Under the pieces are notes generated by a model that saw only the letters and a program-made list of their open reading frames with translations, made no database searches and was not told where the DNA came from. A stretch of 62,836 nucleotides of DNA, counting the filler, from Globobulimina sp. (lineage: Eukaryota): the NCBI GenBank assembly GCA_003354225.1. It is 28 parts of 28 records of this genome, joined end to end, with 100 filler letters (N's around TTAATTAATTAA, not from the genome) between each part and the next. Parts side by side here need not be neighbours in the genome. Positions count along the whole stretch, not along the records: positions 49,461 to 51,606 come from PIVH01008644.1; positions 51,707 to 53,852 come from PIVH01008645.1; positions 53,953 to 56,098 come from PIVH01008646.1; positions 56,199 to 58,344 come from PIVH01008647.1; positions 58,445 to 60,590 come from PIVH01008648.1; positions 60,691 to 62,836 come from PIVH01008649.1; 22 more parts are not named here. One strand, written 5' to 3'. The position numbers were made by a program, and so were the translations under genes. This document shows, piece after piece, positions 49,703 through 62,836 of the stretch. Position 1 is the stretch's first letter. The number at the start of each line of letters is the position of its first letter.

Positions 49703-51606
49703 TTAGCAAGGTTTCTCAGCACCTTTTCTAAAATAATAGTAATAATTCATGCATAGACAGAGTAAGTAATAGAGGGCAAAGGCGAAGAATGCATATTCAG
49801 AGATGCCAATTTCCATACACTCGCTGAAGATGATGGGAATGACGAAGGCGCCGTAGGCCGCAATGGCTGACGCCCATCCAAGTATAGGTCCGGCATGTTC
49901 TTTGTTGCTGAAAATGCACGGAACCATTCGGAAAGTGCTGCCGTTGCCGATGCCGGTGGTAATGAATAAGATTAAAAACAAGACCAAGAAGACGGGGAAT
50001 AAGCCTTCGTTGTCTTTGGCGAATATCAAGGTGATGCCAACCCCGATGGTGGACACTATCATTATGACCACATCGTAGTGGGTCACGCGAGCACCGCCAA
50101 ATTTATCCGACAGCCAGCCGCCGAATGGACGGGCGATGGAAGCCACAAATGGGCCCAACCAGGCATAATGCAAAGGGTCCACCGAAGGGAACAAATCCTT
50201 CATCAATAAGCCAAAGGAGGCGGCGAAGCCGATAAAAGAGCCAAATGTCATGGTGTATAAATTTGTGATGATCCACGTATGTTTCATGGAGCACACCGCC
50301 AATGTTTGCCCAATGTTATTGCTCACAGACTTGAAAAAGCCACAAAATAACAAATATTTCATGCCAAACACCGTAATTAAGACCGAGACAAACCACAAAA
50401 TGAAGGCCTGAATGATATGCAGGCCGTGGCCAGTTTGCGTAATAAAATCTCGCGTAAATATTAAGATCGACACTGCAATGCCGGCGCCCATATAACCCAA
50501 AAATTGTAAGTAATAATAAGCCATCAAAGCACGAGACGTATTTTTGGCGTCGGGATGTTGCGGCAAACTGTTCATTCCAAACCACGCCAAAATGATGAAA
50601 ATAATTAAAAACGGGATCCAAAACAGTGCCGAATTAGAAACATAACCGACGTTTTCGGGTATTTTGATGGACAATGCGCCAAACACAGGGAAGGAGACAA
50701 TGATCGGAATCAATAATTGCATGGCGGACACGCCTAAATTGCCAATGCCGGCATTTAAACCTAAGGCTAAGCCTTGCTTTGATTTCGGATAAAAAAACGA
50801 GATATTACTCATCGACGAGGAACAGGCACCGCCGCCGGCTCCCGATAACAATGCAATTACTATCAGATATTCTAAAGACACATTAATGTCATTCAAAGCA
50901 AGGACCAGCATCACCATTGGTATTAACAATAAGATGGACGTTTGCGAGATCACATTCCTTCCGCCTTTGTGCAATCATACAAGTACAGACTGTGCAAATT
51001 ATGTATAATATATTATATATATAAAATAGAACAAAACCTGCGGGCGCGATCATGAATGAGTTGGTTAAGCGACAGGTGGCACCGCTTAAACCCGCGGCGG
51101 CCGGCAACAGCCACAGAGTGTGCATATATTCGTGTTCGTCCATATCAGATTTCCATGCCGAAAACGAGTAATATTCGCCATTGGTGGCGTCACGCGATTC
51201 AATTAAAAAAACCGTCACAACGCTCCATATTAACCATACTGCAAAGCCTAAAAATAAATTACCAATCGAGATGAATAAATTTTTATTTGCTATAGATTTG
51301 CCATATAAATTCCAAAATTTTGTAGCGGATTCATCCACGTTCCAATATGATAAATGGATGCCATATTTAAATGGACCGGGAAGATATTTCTGTGGAAACG
51401 AACCAATTTCTGGTTCTTGGCATTCAAAATCTAATTTTTTTGTTTTTTCAGGACAAATACCATTTATATCTGCATCCCAATTTGTCAACCTACATCCTTT
51501 ATCAAATAATTCTTTTGCCTTTTGAAAATTTGGATCACTTTCACGAACTTCGAGATTTGCTTGAATTTCATCAATTCTTGTCTGAATTTGATTCTTTATA
51601 TCTTCA
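49703..51606 (-). CDS. narK: NarK/NNP-family nitrate/nitrite transporter, bacterial NarK type, spliced (intron 50965-51037); 5'-truncated
   Basis: W..GKSIANKNLFIS, GATCRL, GLNAGIGNLG (signature 1), LYTMTFGSFIGF, ARPFGGWLSDKFGGARVT, GIGNGSTFRM (signature 2), YYFRKGAEKPC; splice gives PAG|GRN. Confidence 0.93.
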
Positions 51607-51706
51607 NNNNNNNNNNNNNNNNNNNNNNNNNNNNNNNNNNNNNNNNNNNNTTAATTAATTAANNNNNNNNNNNNNNNNNNNNNNNNNNNNNNNNNNNNNN
51701 NNNNNN

Positions 51707-53852
51707 CACAATTTTGGCCTGTCCAGCATATCACTGCATGGCATTAACGAAGCCGATCCACTGCGTACCGAACATGCACAGTCCTGTGTGCATTTCGGTG
51801 TATTTTATAACAAACAAAGTAAATTAGCGTTGCATGCTTTGGATGAAATCTATCAACCGCCACGCGCTGGTTTTCGCATTCAGCCTAGTTTGAAGAATGT
51901 GTTTGCACATAATTTTATCATCTCGTTGGCTCCCAATAGTCAGTATAATCAGATTAATATTATAGCGCCGCCATTGGCCTCGTTGATGGGTAATCCGATG
52001 GAGTATGACGATGAGGATGAATATGACGATGAAGAGGAGATTATATTATCCAGTAATTCGTCAATGTTGAATGAGAATGAACAATCAATACACACTGCGA
52101 AAGCGTCTGATGATGCCAATGTATCCATATGTAACACGCAGGATATGTTGACAGATATTGATGATGAAGAAGTAGAGAATAATAATAATAATAATTTGCG
52201 TGATTTAAATTTAAAACGTGCTCTATTTAGACATCGACAGAAGGGCATGCATAAGCATTCGAGTACAGATAAATTCGCAGGTATTTTTTCATTATTATTT
52301 ATTCCCATTTTTTGTCTGTCTATGTTTGATATAAATATGCAGGCATTGTGCAAGAATTGTATTTAGATGGCGATGAGGTAGTATGTGGTCTATTAGATAG
52401 AACCACGTCGGTCATCATGTCCTCGCCCCATATCTACATCGAACGTTTAGATCCATTGGCTGTACCACAATTAAACAATGACGCGACGCATACCTTCGAT
52501 GTAACCATCACACCAACTGTGAGCAAGTCAGAGATCCCATACAGCGCTACTCACAGTGTCTGGAGCTCACTTAAATCGCCATATTTATTGCTATTAACTA
52601 ACAAAGCCGTGTATCAAATTGATAAAGAATTCGACGGTTTCAGTACAGTGCTACAATCGGTTGAGTCTGAAAACAAATATCGAAATATCAATGGTTTAGC
52701 GGCCTGTTGTGAAGTAAATAGCAAATCTATTCACGAAATCGCCGCTGATCGAATGTTAGCTCATAACAGCAAAATCCGTGACGCTGAAATTGCATTTGAG
52801 TTATATTCGCGTAGCAGTGTCACCGTCGCAAAGTTAATTCGACAGTTTTTACGTCCAGAATGGTTACATGATGATAAACATGACATTATTGTGACTAAAA
52901 TCTTTGGTATTTTAAAACGTCTATTAACCACTGCGGACATTCCATCCAGGATCACTTTTAGCGACATTATGTTCAATCTATTACTGTTACAGTATCATAT
53001 CCATCATCCTTTTTTAGATTACAATATTAAAATTAAAGACTACTCCTACGACACTTACTCATTGCTGGAGAAGTATATCGACGATATATCCTCCAGTTCA
53101 GTGCATGGCGATGCTAATTCATACAATGAAGAACAAAAAGAGACCGAAGCGCAGTTACGAAGGAGAAAGTTGATACATTTTGTAAGTTTAAATGGTGAAT
53201 GTTCCTTAAAACATGTGATATTATCTTTGTTGAATATTTCCTCGCAGTCTTTAGCGTTACATGTGTTGCAATCGCATGACCATCCAGGCAGTATTGGGGC
53301 GAATGCAAACTTACCCATTGGGACAGGCCCAGCTGTGGCCATCGCACAGGCCGCGGCTTTACGGCAAGCTCAAGCCAACATTTCATTGAATGTGACTGGC
53401 AATTTGACGGATTTCTTCCTGTCAATAACTTCGAAATTAGGTATTAATTTGAACAATGATACGGCTTCGTTTATTATTAAAAATTATCCGTTATTGTTTT
53501 TAGAGAAAAAGTTAGATTTAAACACGATTCCGAAACAGTTTTGGACGGATATTATATTTAATATGTTGGATAAAGTAGTCAAGTTATGTGAGAATACGAG
53601 CAATGCACAGCGATATTACCAAACACAACAATTATTTCGACAACGAAAGCAACAGCAAAATTATCATGAACAATATGTGAAACTCGTTGAAAAAGAAGAA
53701 GAGCAAAAGCTGCAACAGCAACATGCCAATGATAATAAGTCGGATAAATCTGACAAATCGGATAAGTCTGACCTAGAAACTGAGAAGAAAGCGCCTGAAA
53801 TCCCAGGGAGAATCATAGCACATATTGCAATGAATCCTGAAAAGAATATCAT
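51707..53852 (+). CDS. Large hypothetical protein (beta-rich, then alpha-solenoid-like); intron 52281-52342; partial at both ends
   Basis: Frame open from the contig edge; a GT-AG intron joins the two long ORFs. Confidence 0.6.
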
Positions 53853-54035
53853 NNNNNNNNNNNNNNNNNNNNNNNNNNNNNNNNNNNNNNNNNNNNTTAA
53901 TTAATTAANNNNNNNNNNNNNNNNNNNNNNNNNNNNNNNNNNNNNNNNNNNNACGCTGGAAACATGATGCAGGTTTATATTTATTGATTTGTTGCAATTT
54001 TGTTTGAGAAAAACAGTGAACTGTGAAACACTTAA

Positions 54036-56098
54036 ATGGCGTCTGCTCTTAACTTTGAAACCTCAGTCGTAGACCTTGAAGATGAAATAGATAATGACGT
54101 ACAAGCATTAGAAACCGCTCAGCGATCCAATTTTACAGAAGATACGGATTTTGTCAATCTTGATCAATTAGGAAACACCATCGCAACCAGTAAATCATGT
54201 GAAGATCGAAAATATGCCATTGATGACATATTAAACCAAACCATAAAACACAGCAAAGCATTGGAATGCATTGACGAATGCATCAAACTCGTAATAACAA
54301 CCTGGAAAATCCAACAATTAAAACAAAAACAGACACAGGATTTATATAAACTATTACAACAACAAAAACACAAAACAACCATATGGCAGGATATTATCAC
54401 GTATTTCTACGATAAGCCATCATATATTTGTGAAAAAATTATACAAATCGCTAAACGAATAGTTAATATCTTACATATTGCTCACATATTAATTAATTCC
54501 CATATACCATACACAGAGTGCCATGAAGTTGCTGTTGGACCATCAGAACATGGTGCAATTACCAAGTACCCCGCGCCAATGGTCCCTTTTACTGAACCGG
54601 CTAAAACAAAAAGGCCAATCCTTAGCCTTCACGCAACGAATATTAACAATCCCTGAAAGTCCACCCGCTGACAATGACACCACTGAATTAAAACGCGATG
54701 ATCCGCCCAAATACTTGGATGTAAATGAAGAAGTACGCATGTTTGGGCATGTCGCCATTGACGACACTGTGAATGGAGTGACTGCTGACGATGCCTTACA
54801 AGATATATTATTAAAGCATCGACAAACGTTTACGTCCACTTCGTTATACAAACAAATGACTGGTCGCTCCCATAATAGACACTCCTCATTGGTCCAAACC
54901 TTGTTAAAAGGCGTAAAGGTCAAAAGTAAATCGCCTGGGAATACGAGTACGAGCATGACCGTGGAACATATATTGGAAGATACAGAAGCAGTGCCTGCGA
55001 GCATTGCAATCGAATTGAAACCATTGACCGGCAGTGGCAGTGGCAGTGACAGTGATGACGACGAACATAAAATATCTCAGCGACATTCTGTATCGTCAGG
55101 ACAAGAACAACTGTTTAATACGGATGCAAACCAGGAATCACTGCATAAGAAATGGAAGAATCCAACGTGTGCGGGGTGCGGTGGTGTGATTCAGATAAGT
55201 TTTGATGGGAAGGATGCGGCGACAAAGACGGTGCTGATATATGATTGCCGGTTCGTGGAGGATTTGGATAGTATGAGTTCGTTTATTTATTTCCATGATA
55301 AGCATTGTGAGAACTTAAGGAAGTATAAGGAGAGCATAAGGAAGTACGTATTGGAGAGTCAGCTGCCGAGTGCCAGTCGAGGCAGAGCCAACAATATGAA
55401 AAACTATGTAAAGAACCTGTTGAACCATAAGGATTTGTTAATTAATATCGATTCGGGCGCGCTGTCGCGACCGGGCAAGATATTGGAACGGGAACAGGCC
55501 AAATTTCTCAGTTTTATTACCGGCGGCTTGCTGAAACTCAAAAGTGCGGAGAAGTTGGAGGAAAAGATGAGTGCGTCCATTATGGACGGACGTATGTATA
55601 CATTTTTATTATTAATTCGCAAATACTGTGTTTTTCATTACGTATACAGTCGAAAAGAAAGAAGAGAAAAAGTTGACATTGTTGGAAATTAGTAAACAAA
55701 GAGACATTGCAGTACGCTTTCTGACTCGCGGCGAGATTGTACAGCAAACCTTTCACGATTTTCATCAGTTTATGGAAGCGGAAGTCGCAGAAAGGGAAGA
55801 AAGCCATGGTATATTTGATGATATTCCAAAGATATTACAGTATGCAGACAGCCATATCTTTGGAGAGCCGTTATTTAAATTTGTAATCCAACAGTTGTTA
55901 AGCAAACAGACCACTGCATTGTGGCGCTCATTGGCTTATATATCGATGCAACTCCCCACCGTCCATTCCATCTCTTTGTTGAATGAGCATCAATCCGACT
56001 TGGCGAAGGTGAAAAAGATGGCACATTTGCAGTTGGTCTGTACGTCCATCATCCAGGCCGCTGCCTATCCCATCGGCACAGCGCTACATTTAAGCGGT
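54036..56098 (+). CDS. Hypothetical protein; introns 54462-54516 and 55592-55649; 3'-truncated
   Basis: Three overlapping ORFs are joined in frame by two short GT-AG introns. Confidence 0.6.
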
Positions 56099-56198
56099 NN
56101 NNNNNNNNNNNNNNNNNNNNNNNNNNNNNNNNNNNNNNNNNNTTAATTAATTAANNNNNNNNNNNNNNNNNNNNNNNNNNNNNNNNNNNNNNNNNNNN

Positions 56199-57393
56199 CT
56201 TCGAAGAAGAGCTGCTGAAGCGAAGCATCGTGAGAGGAGCCGGGCCATCCTGCACTGACACACTAGAATGCAAAGTTGCTGACATTCTTGATGAGAAAAA
56301 TACAGCGCCGGCAGTAAATTTGTCGAATGTAGCTGAGCCGGAAACATGTTCAGAGAGATATGATTTGTCAGCAATAGAAAATGAGAAAATATTTGTAAAT
56401 ATGGCAGATAATGAAGGACAAACACCATTACATTGGGCAATGCAAGAAAACAGCATGGATTTTCTGGATTTATTGTTAGAACTTGGGGCAAATCCAAATG
56501 TTCAGTGCGATATTCGTGGCGAAACAGCCATGCATACTGCAGTTCGTTTGGGGCGCTATGACATATTCGATGCTCTTATTATGTGGAATGAGAAAGTAAA
56601 GAATGAGCAAATTGAAGCAGTATTATGCGATTGGTATGTTTGCGATAATATGGGTGCATCCGTGATATTTGCATGTATTAATTATAATAAATGTGAGTTA
56701 TTATGTGATATATTTGTGGCAGGAATTGATGTTTGTCGATTAGATGAAGAGCATAATACAATATTACAATATGCAATGAAATCAAATAAGGATGAATGTG
56801 TTAAAGAAATTGTTAAAAAAGATATGTTATCCGCTGCATTGTTGGTGAATAAAAATATACAAAACAAATCTTGTTTGTATATGGCTGTTTTGGCGCAGAA
56901 TATAGAAATTGTTGAGATATTAATCAAACATTTGCTGAATAAAATGAATGCTGATGGTAATAATCTGTTATATGATGAGATTATTTATTGTTTAAATCAG
57001 GCGCTGGAGTTACAATTTACCAATGTATTAAAATGTTTCTTCGAAAATAGTAAAAATATAATATTAAAAAATAAAATAAAATGTCATGCCATGTTGAAAA
57101 ATATTATTGTTAAAGATGATCATAGTAATAATATGTTGGAAATATGCTGCGTGTATTTTTCACAATGTTTGACGCTGAAAAATAATAACAATGAAAATAT
57201 GTTATTTTATTGTGTTGAATATGATAAACCAAAATTGTTAAAACTGTTAATGCGCAAATTTCAATGTGATATTAATATTATTAATAACAATGGATTGGAT
57301 CTGATTCAATATTGTGACCATTTTGATAGACCGACTTGCAAACATTATATTCAACAACAAATTATAACCAATCAACAATCAATCTCATATTAG
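56199..57393 (+). CDS. Ankyrin-repeat protein, 5'-truncated
   Basis: GQTPLHWA..LLELGANPN, GETAMHTAV and further degenerate repeats. Confidence 0.88.
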
Positions 57394-57975
57394 TAATTTC
57401 TGTCTAGTCGATTATAATTACTTTTGTATGTTTTTTTTTTAAGTTGTTTTGATGTGAGTGGTATTGTTCGGATTTGTGAGTTGTGCATTGTGCAGTTTCC
57501 AGAGTCGCCCAGTGGCCAACCTATATTATACACAATTTGCTATTTGTTTGTTGTTGCACATGTATGTGTATATTAGTTCTTTTTTTGTTGTTGCGGTGTG
57601 AATGATATATTATATATTCCATGATTTCCATCCAACCTTTGAATATTTTGTTTTTTAATCTTTCTCAATCTGTATATATAAAAATAGCGTTTTTCGGACT
57701 AGCACCGTGCTTAAAATAATTCAACTAGGTACGGTACACAATTAAGCAGCGACCCGAGGCCGGTTAGCAGTGACAAAGCAATTCAATATTGAATGCTATA
57801 TCGTTCAACTTTAGTCAACAAATTTATTTAACAAAGTTTTAATCATTAAAATTTGTCATGTTTTAAAATTTTAATCATTTAACAAAGTTTTATATGAGCA
57901 TTGTCATGTACAAATATAGTCATATACAACTAAAACAACTCACTCATATACAATTTGTTTGATTGAAATACATTC

Positions 57976-58344
57976 TCATTCTTCATAATCATCAAACATT
58001 TGATTTCGGGGAATCCATGAAAACATCATAATAAATACATTAATAACAGTCCATTGCGGAAAGAATATACCAGCTACAATATACGTAGGAGTACGATAAT
58101 AAACATCATCAGACTTTAAATGAGCTGGCATGAAGAATAAATGCGGTGAGAATCTACAAAATCCATTAAAAATTGCATTTAACATAAATACGCAAATTAA
58201 AAAAAATAATCCGATAATTAACAGCTGCATCCTTTTAATTTCTGAATTTATTCTGTTTCCAGTATCTGTTACATCTGTTAATAAGCTATAATTTATCGAG
58301 CCAATGTTGGAAGCATTTGAAATTGCAGTTGCACTGCCTTCGTA
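57976..58344 (-). CDS. C-terminal two TM helices of a membrane (possibly 7TM) protein, 5'-truncated
   Basis: Frame open to the contig edge; two hydrophobic helices. Confidence 0.45.
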   Translation of the reverse strand, partial: YEGSATAISNASNIGSINYSLLTDVTDTGNRINSEIKRMQLLIIGLFFLICVFMLNAIFNGFCRFSPHLFFMPAHLKSDDVYYRTPTYIVAGIFFPQWTVINVFIMMFSWIPRNQMFDDYEE

Positions 58345-58897
58345 NNNNNNNNNNNNNNNNNNNNNNNNNNNNNNNNNNNNNNNNNNNNTTAATTAATTAA
58401 NNNNNNNNNNNNNNNNNNNNNNNNNNNNNNNNNNNNNNNNNNNNATCTTTTTTTTTTGGACCTTGTGCCAGCAGTACTAGTCAGTATTTATAACAAACAT
58501 TCTGCAATTGAATTATTATATGTTTATCGTCTAAACTGAATCACATGCAAAATGCCTAATTTTTCGTAAGGTTAATGATGGTGACTAGACCACTTATTAC
58601 CTTTATATAGTATCATCCAGTCCATAATCTCAACTTACATCTGACACGGAGGTGGACAGTTACATGGTGTTATACCTGTATCTGAACTCGTGCTTTCTGT
58701 CAATTTTTTTCACTCTAAACGGCCACAAAAATCACGTGCTCGATCGAAAAAATATAAAATCACAATCACATAAAAGCACAAAAAATATATTATTAAAAAA
58801 TTTATTTATTAAACAATATTCGATTAGAAGCAGCTTATAATAGTATTTATGATACAAAATGTCCGAATTCCATTATTATTCTCAGTTTATAATAGGT

Positions 58898-60077
58898 TTA
58901 ATGATATGTTTCAGTTTCATAACTTCCATCAGGTTTTAATGGAAAGCTTTCATGTTTCGTTGCTTCTATACTTAGCACTCTTTGATATCTTCGGCTCAAT
59001 GATTTTTCAGCTTTTTGTGTTAATACATGTCTCCAACATAAATGAATACATTTACAATATTTGTCATAACATTTTTTAGCAAACGCATATTGTAAATACA
59101 AACAGGTCGTATTTATTGTTGCATCACAACTGGCAAAGATGTATGCGATCTGAAACCATTCCATATTCCAATTCTCTCCAAATGCATCGCCAGCGGCCAT
59201 CAACAATATTAATGTAAACATACTTGTTACTATTCCGATACTTAAATAATGAAATTTATTCAGTATACACTCAGAAACAGTGACGAATACATCCGTTTTT
59301 ACTTTTGTATACACATAAATTTCAGAAATTATATATATACCTTAATAAGCCAACATATTTGGTGGTATGCTCAATCAATTTAATTTGTTGTTTATTTAGC
59401 TGAATGACAGGCATTTGGGGTATTTTTTTATTCTCTCCGTTGATATTTGGTCCATGTTTAAACATTTCAATCGAAGTCGCTCTGGTTTCAGCTAAATCCA
59501 TTAATTTTTTAGCAAATTGTACAATTGCAATAATGGTGGTTGATATATATATTATACCCATAATAGCACCCAACCATATGACAGGAATATATTTTATCTG
59601 TATTTTATGCCTATTTACATAAGCATACGTCATTAGAGTTAGATTGAAAACAGAGACTATTAATAACAATGTATACAATATGATTAATAGCCATTTCATT
59701 GTGGGATTTAATGCATATGTGGTCTCTTTAAAGGTAAAATATAATCTGAATAACAGTGTTAATAAAATGCATAAAATAGTGGTGCATGTGAGCCACGCTT
59801 GGATGACAATAATATTACCGGACGAATATGGATGACCATACGCACACAAAGTGGTAGATACAAGGAATGTACTTAATGCACACGCCGAGGATACCCAAAC
59901 AATGTGAAATAATCTTTGAAATGTCGATTCCAGCTTTTTTAATTTAGTAAATTGCTTTATTGACATAAAACCAAGACATAGGATGATGATCAGACTAAAG
60001 GTGGTAACGATTACTGAGATTATTCGAATTACTTTAAAATCTGCAGACCCATTTTGAACGCAGACATCTCGTGCCAT
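58898..60077 (-). CDS. Seven-TM (GPCR-like/serpentine) membrane protein; intron 59241-59340
   Basis: Five helices in exon 1 and two in exon 2; splice gives LL|SIGIV; Cys-rich tail. Confidence 0.7.
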
Positions 60078-60235
60078 GATGCCTCTTAGTTTTTTTTCAG
60101 CGTACTTAGCTAGACTTAATTTAGAATATGACTTACGCACTGGTTCAAGTTTATATACATACAGCTTTTTTAAACTATAGTACTATACAGAAACATGTAC
60201 AGGCACTGAAGATGAAATATTGTAAACATTTATGC

Positions 60236-60590
60236 TTATTTGTCATCTATAAAGATGGATCTTCGATATCCGTAACCTTTGGCCAAAGCTTTTCTCACAT
60301 GATCTTTTTCAATACTTTTTTCTTTGTAAGGAATATATGCGGTGTAAAAACAAGAAATAAAAGAATGATGCCGGTAATGATGCCCTGCTAAATTCTCGTC
60401 GTGGTCGCAATGATACCATGCAAACCCTGCAGATATGGAACAGATTGCAGCAAATTTATCTTTATTCACAGCGTAACAGATTAGAGTCGGAATATAAATT
60501 GGTAGATATTCAATGAAGGTATCGATTGGATTAAAGCAGATTGACACACTCGGTCCCGCCGTAAAACACGCATGATGCATTAAATGGATA
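60236..60590 (-). CDS. Fatty-acid hydroxylase/sterol desaturase-family fragment, 5'-truncated
   Basis: His boxes IHLMHH and HHYRHH. Confidence 0.55.
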
Positions 60591-60690
60591 NNNNNNNNNN
60601 NNNNNNNNNNNNNNNNNNNNNNNNNNNNNNNNNNTTAATTAATTAANNNNNNNNNNNNNNNNNNNNNNNNNNNNNNNNNNNNNNNNNNNN

Positions 60691-60825
60691 ATCAAAAGCA
60701 TTAATTTTAGTATGTCCGCCTAATGTATGGGAACTTAGTTTTGAATTTATGTTGCTTGCATAAAGTACAGTACCCCACTTGAAGCATTTTTTGACACTCA
60801 GGCGGATCAGTGTAGAGCGATGCAT
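60691..60825 (-). CDS. N-terminus of a putative mitochondrion-targeted protein, truncated
   Basis: Basic presequence-like MHRSTLIRLSVKKCFKWG, open to the contig edge; very short. Confidence 0.3.
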
Positions 60826-62836
60826 AGCTTAGCGCGGATTAGTGAGTGTAGTACAAGCACAAAGTGTTACGACAATTTTAAATGCACGATATTCGTTTTT
60901 CGGATCAGTTCGATAAAAAATTAGAAAAATTTCTTTCGGTTTCAGACTGCCATGTCCAGGTCCTGAGGAATCCTGATGACAGACATGTCTGGAAATAATG
61001 ATTATTTATTAAATATTTAATTTTCAGAGTCAAAAACATGAGCAGATTGTCAAGGCGTGATCAACCATGATAATCTGTGGAATTTTTGACATAAAATCAC
61101 AATTTTTGAATGATTTTAGGCCAATTTTTGGGCTTTCTGGTGCAAGTAAGTTTGAATTTTCGTTTTTAGGTTAACAATGAGTATTCAATTTCGTAATACT
61201 TTGTGCAGAAAACTAGAATTAAAATTATTAAGAAATAATGCGCCAGCAATAGATGAACAAACTGGCGGGGGTATGGTACGTACATCGATTTTTATTTAGG
61301 CTAACGAGTTAAGCTAGCTAGTTCGTAACCTAACGGCCAATATTCACCATATAAGCAATATTACAACAAGCACAGACTTCAATCACTAAGTACCCACCAT
61401 TATGGCGGCGTAAAATGGTGTTTATAATTGCAAATTGCCCAACACAATATTTAAATAGAAAAATTAGTCTCGTCGAAAAATTTCCTTACTTGCAATAAAA
61501 TTTCTTTCCGAAGTCTAACCATATTTTTGTATGAAAACCGAAAAATTTAAAAATATTTTCGTTTTTAAAACAGTTATATTATTTATAGTTATTTAACAGT
61601 TCAACTTATCTAAACTCTTTTGTAAGAATAACAAATTTTTCAAAAAGTTGATAACTTTTTAAAATTTTTTCAAAATTATGACGTTCAAAATTCGCGAAAA
61701 TCTCCTTAAATCACGTCTGGCAGGGTCAGGCCTGCTAGGCGTTCACGTTTTTGTTGATTTAATAACACTCTTTTAAAGCCATTTGGGCGTCGTGGTTAAA
61801 TAAAACAGTTTTTGTTGGAAATTGTTGTTTGTATTTAAACATCGCGTTATAACATATCTGTCGATAATAAGGTATATTACGTACATCGGTGCGTGATAAA
61901 ACATGCAGTCGAGCAAGTACATACTGTATAGCAGGAATACATACACGCAAGTTTACAGTATGTACATACATGCAATGATGGATAAGATCAATTATCGATG
62001 GATAACTAACAGGACAGACAGTATGGATCAACCCCCTGGATGAGAACTTATCGAGTGAGTTATATCCATATAGTTTTGTCGTTTTGTTGTTACACAAAGG
62101 TGTATTTTTGCCAAAATTTTAACTTTGCATTAAGCAAATATTGGCTATTATAGCTTAGATAGGATACCTAGGCAGAAACACACCTTTGTGTTTAGTTGTA
62201 TTTAGGTTATATAACTGTTTGAATGTACGTACAGCATGTAGCCGGGCAAGTCAATATTTCTACCATCATGACAAAACCCCCGTGTTTGAGGCCGGAAAAT
62301 TTTTACCCCCCAGGAAATTTTTAACAATCACCAACGTTTGCCACTTTAGAGTTTGTTCCAAACTTATTCCTAGTAGGGGGTGGGACTCATTTGCAATGGT
62401 CCATCAATATCATCACCAAAAATGGAAAAAAAAAAAAATTGTACAAACATTAAGTACATACAGTACTGCACAAAAATCGCAGTATGTACTTTTAGATTAA
62501 AAGTTGGAGCAATTCGGAGCTGTACGTACAGTAATTATGTTTTGTTTATTAAATGTAACTAACACTTAAAAGAAAACTTTTTGGAGCATAATGAGTACCG
62601 TAACATCTAGTACAGGTTACTGTAGCGCCAAAATTACATGCAAATGGCGCAAAAGCACATATTTTTACAATTGATAAGAATAGTCTGCTGTTGTTTTTAT
62701 AATTTCAGATCCTAATAACAATCAACGGTTGAGATGATCGAAGAATTATATCAAGATGACAAGATGACCGTCAATTAATCCACAAACCAGCAGAAAATAC
62801 CGTAATCCATGAGGAAGAACTATTATTATCATATTG

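Noticed and set aside
1..51606. Sulfite oxidase, ferredoxin and NarK as an anaerobic respiration gene cluster
   Set aside because: They lie on different contigs; order reflects contig length only
54036..55692. Overlapping ORFs suggesting programmed frameshifting or a non-standard genetic code
   Set aside because: Explained by short GT-AG introns; TAA, TAG and TGA all end recognisable genes in this window
2150..60690. Regularly spaced TTAATTAATTAA as a CRISPR-like array or biological repeat
   Set aside because: Always flanked by exactly 44 N on each side; a concatenation linker between size-sorted contigs
60973..61006. Hammerhead-like core CTGATGA-CAGACATGTCTG-GAAA followed by a short hairpin
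   Set aside because: No complementary stem I in either topology, and stem II closes with C-G rather than the usual purine-pyrimidine pair
61759..62562. Short ORFs in the last contig
   Set aside because: No motifs or splice support; the region looks non-coding or repeat-derived

Overview
This window is not one locus. It is 28 unrelated contigs, sorted by decreasing length (2149 to 2146 bp), joined by an artificial 100-nt spacer (N44-TTAATTAATTAA-N44, stop codons in all six frames). Gene neighbourhood is therefore only meaningful within a contig. Most contigs come from an AT-rich, gene-dense eukaryote using the standard code, with short GT-AG introns (mostly 53-100 nt). The gene families (HxDxSLEN kinase, SPRY/SAM/MATH-like proteins, intron-containing NarK-type nitrate transporter) suggest a foraminiferan/rhizarian protist; this is inference, not a database result. 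Recognisable genes: sulfite oxidase, ketohexokinase-like kinase, PI4-kinase, P4-ATPase, HSL-family esterase, MFS transporters, CFAP52-like WD40, CtIP/Sae2, HECT E3, viperin, 2OG-Fe(II) oxygenase, PQ-loop transporter, GHMP kinase, p24, SMYD-like SET protein, NarK, and an SRP (7SL) RNA. Most notable: (1) an intron-split viperin sitting head-to-head, 57 bp from a signal-peptide 2OG-Fe(II) dioxygenase; (2) on the same contig, a 7SL RNA whose helix 6 looks reduced to a UUCG stub; (3) a spliced, bacterial-type NarK with Cys at the F147 nitrate-pocket position; (4) a bacterial ferredoxin gene with an intact sigma70 promoter, operator and Shine-Dalgarno fused to a eukaryotic gene, most likely a chimera; (5) a protein with an acidic region, a cecropin-like cationic helix and a beta-rich domain. 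All family calls come from motif recognition only; no searches were run.
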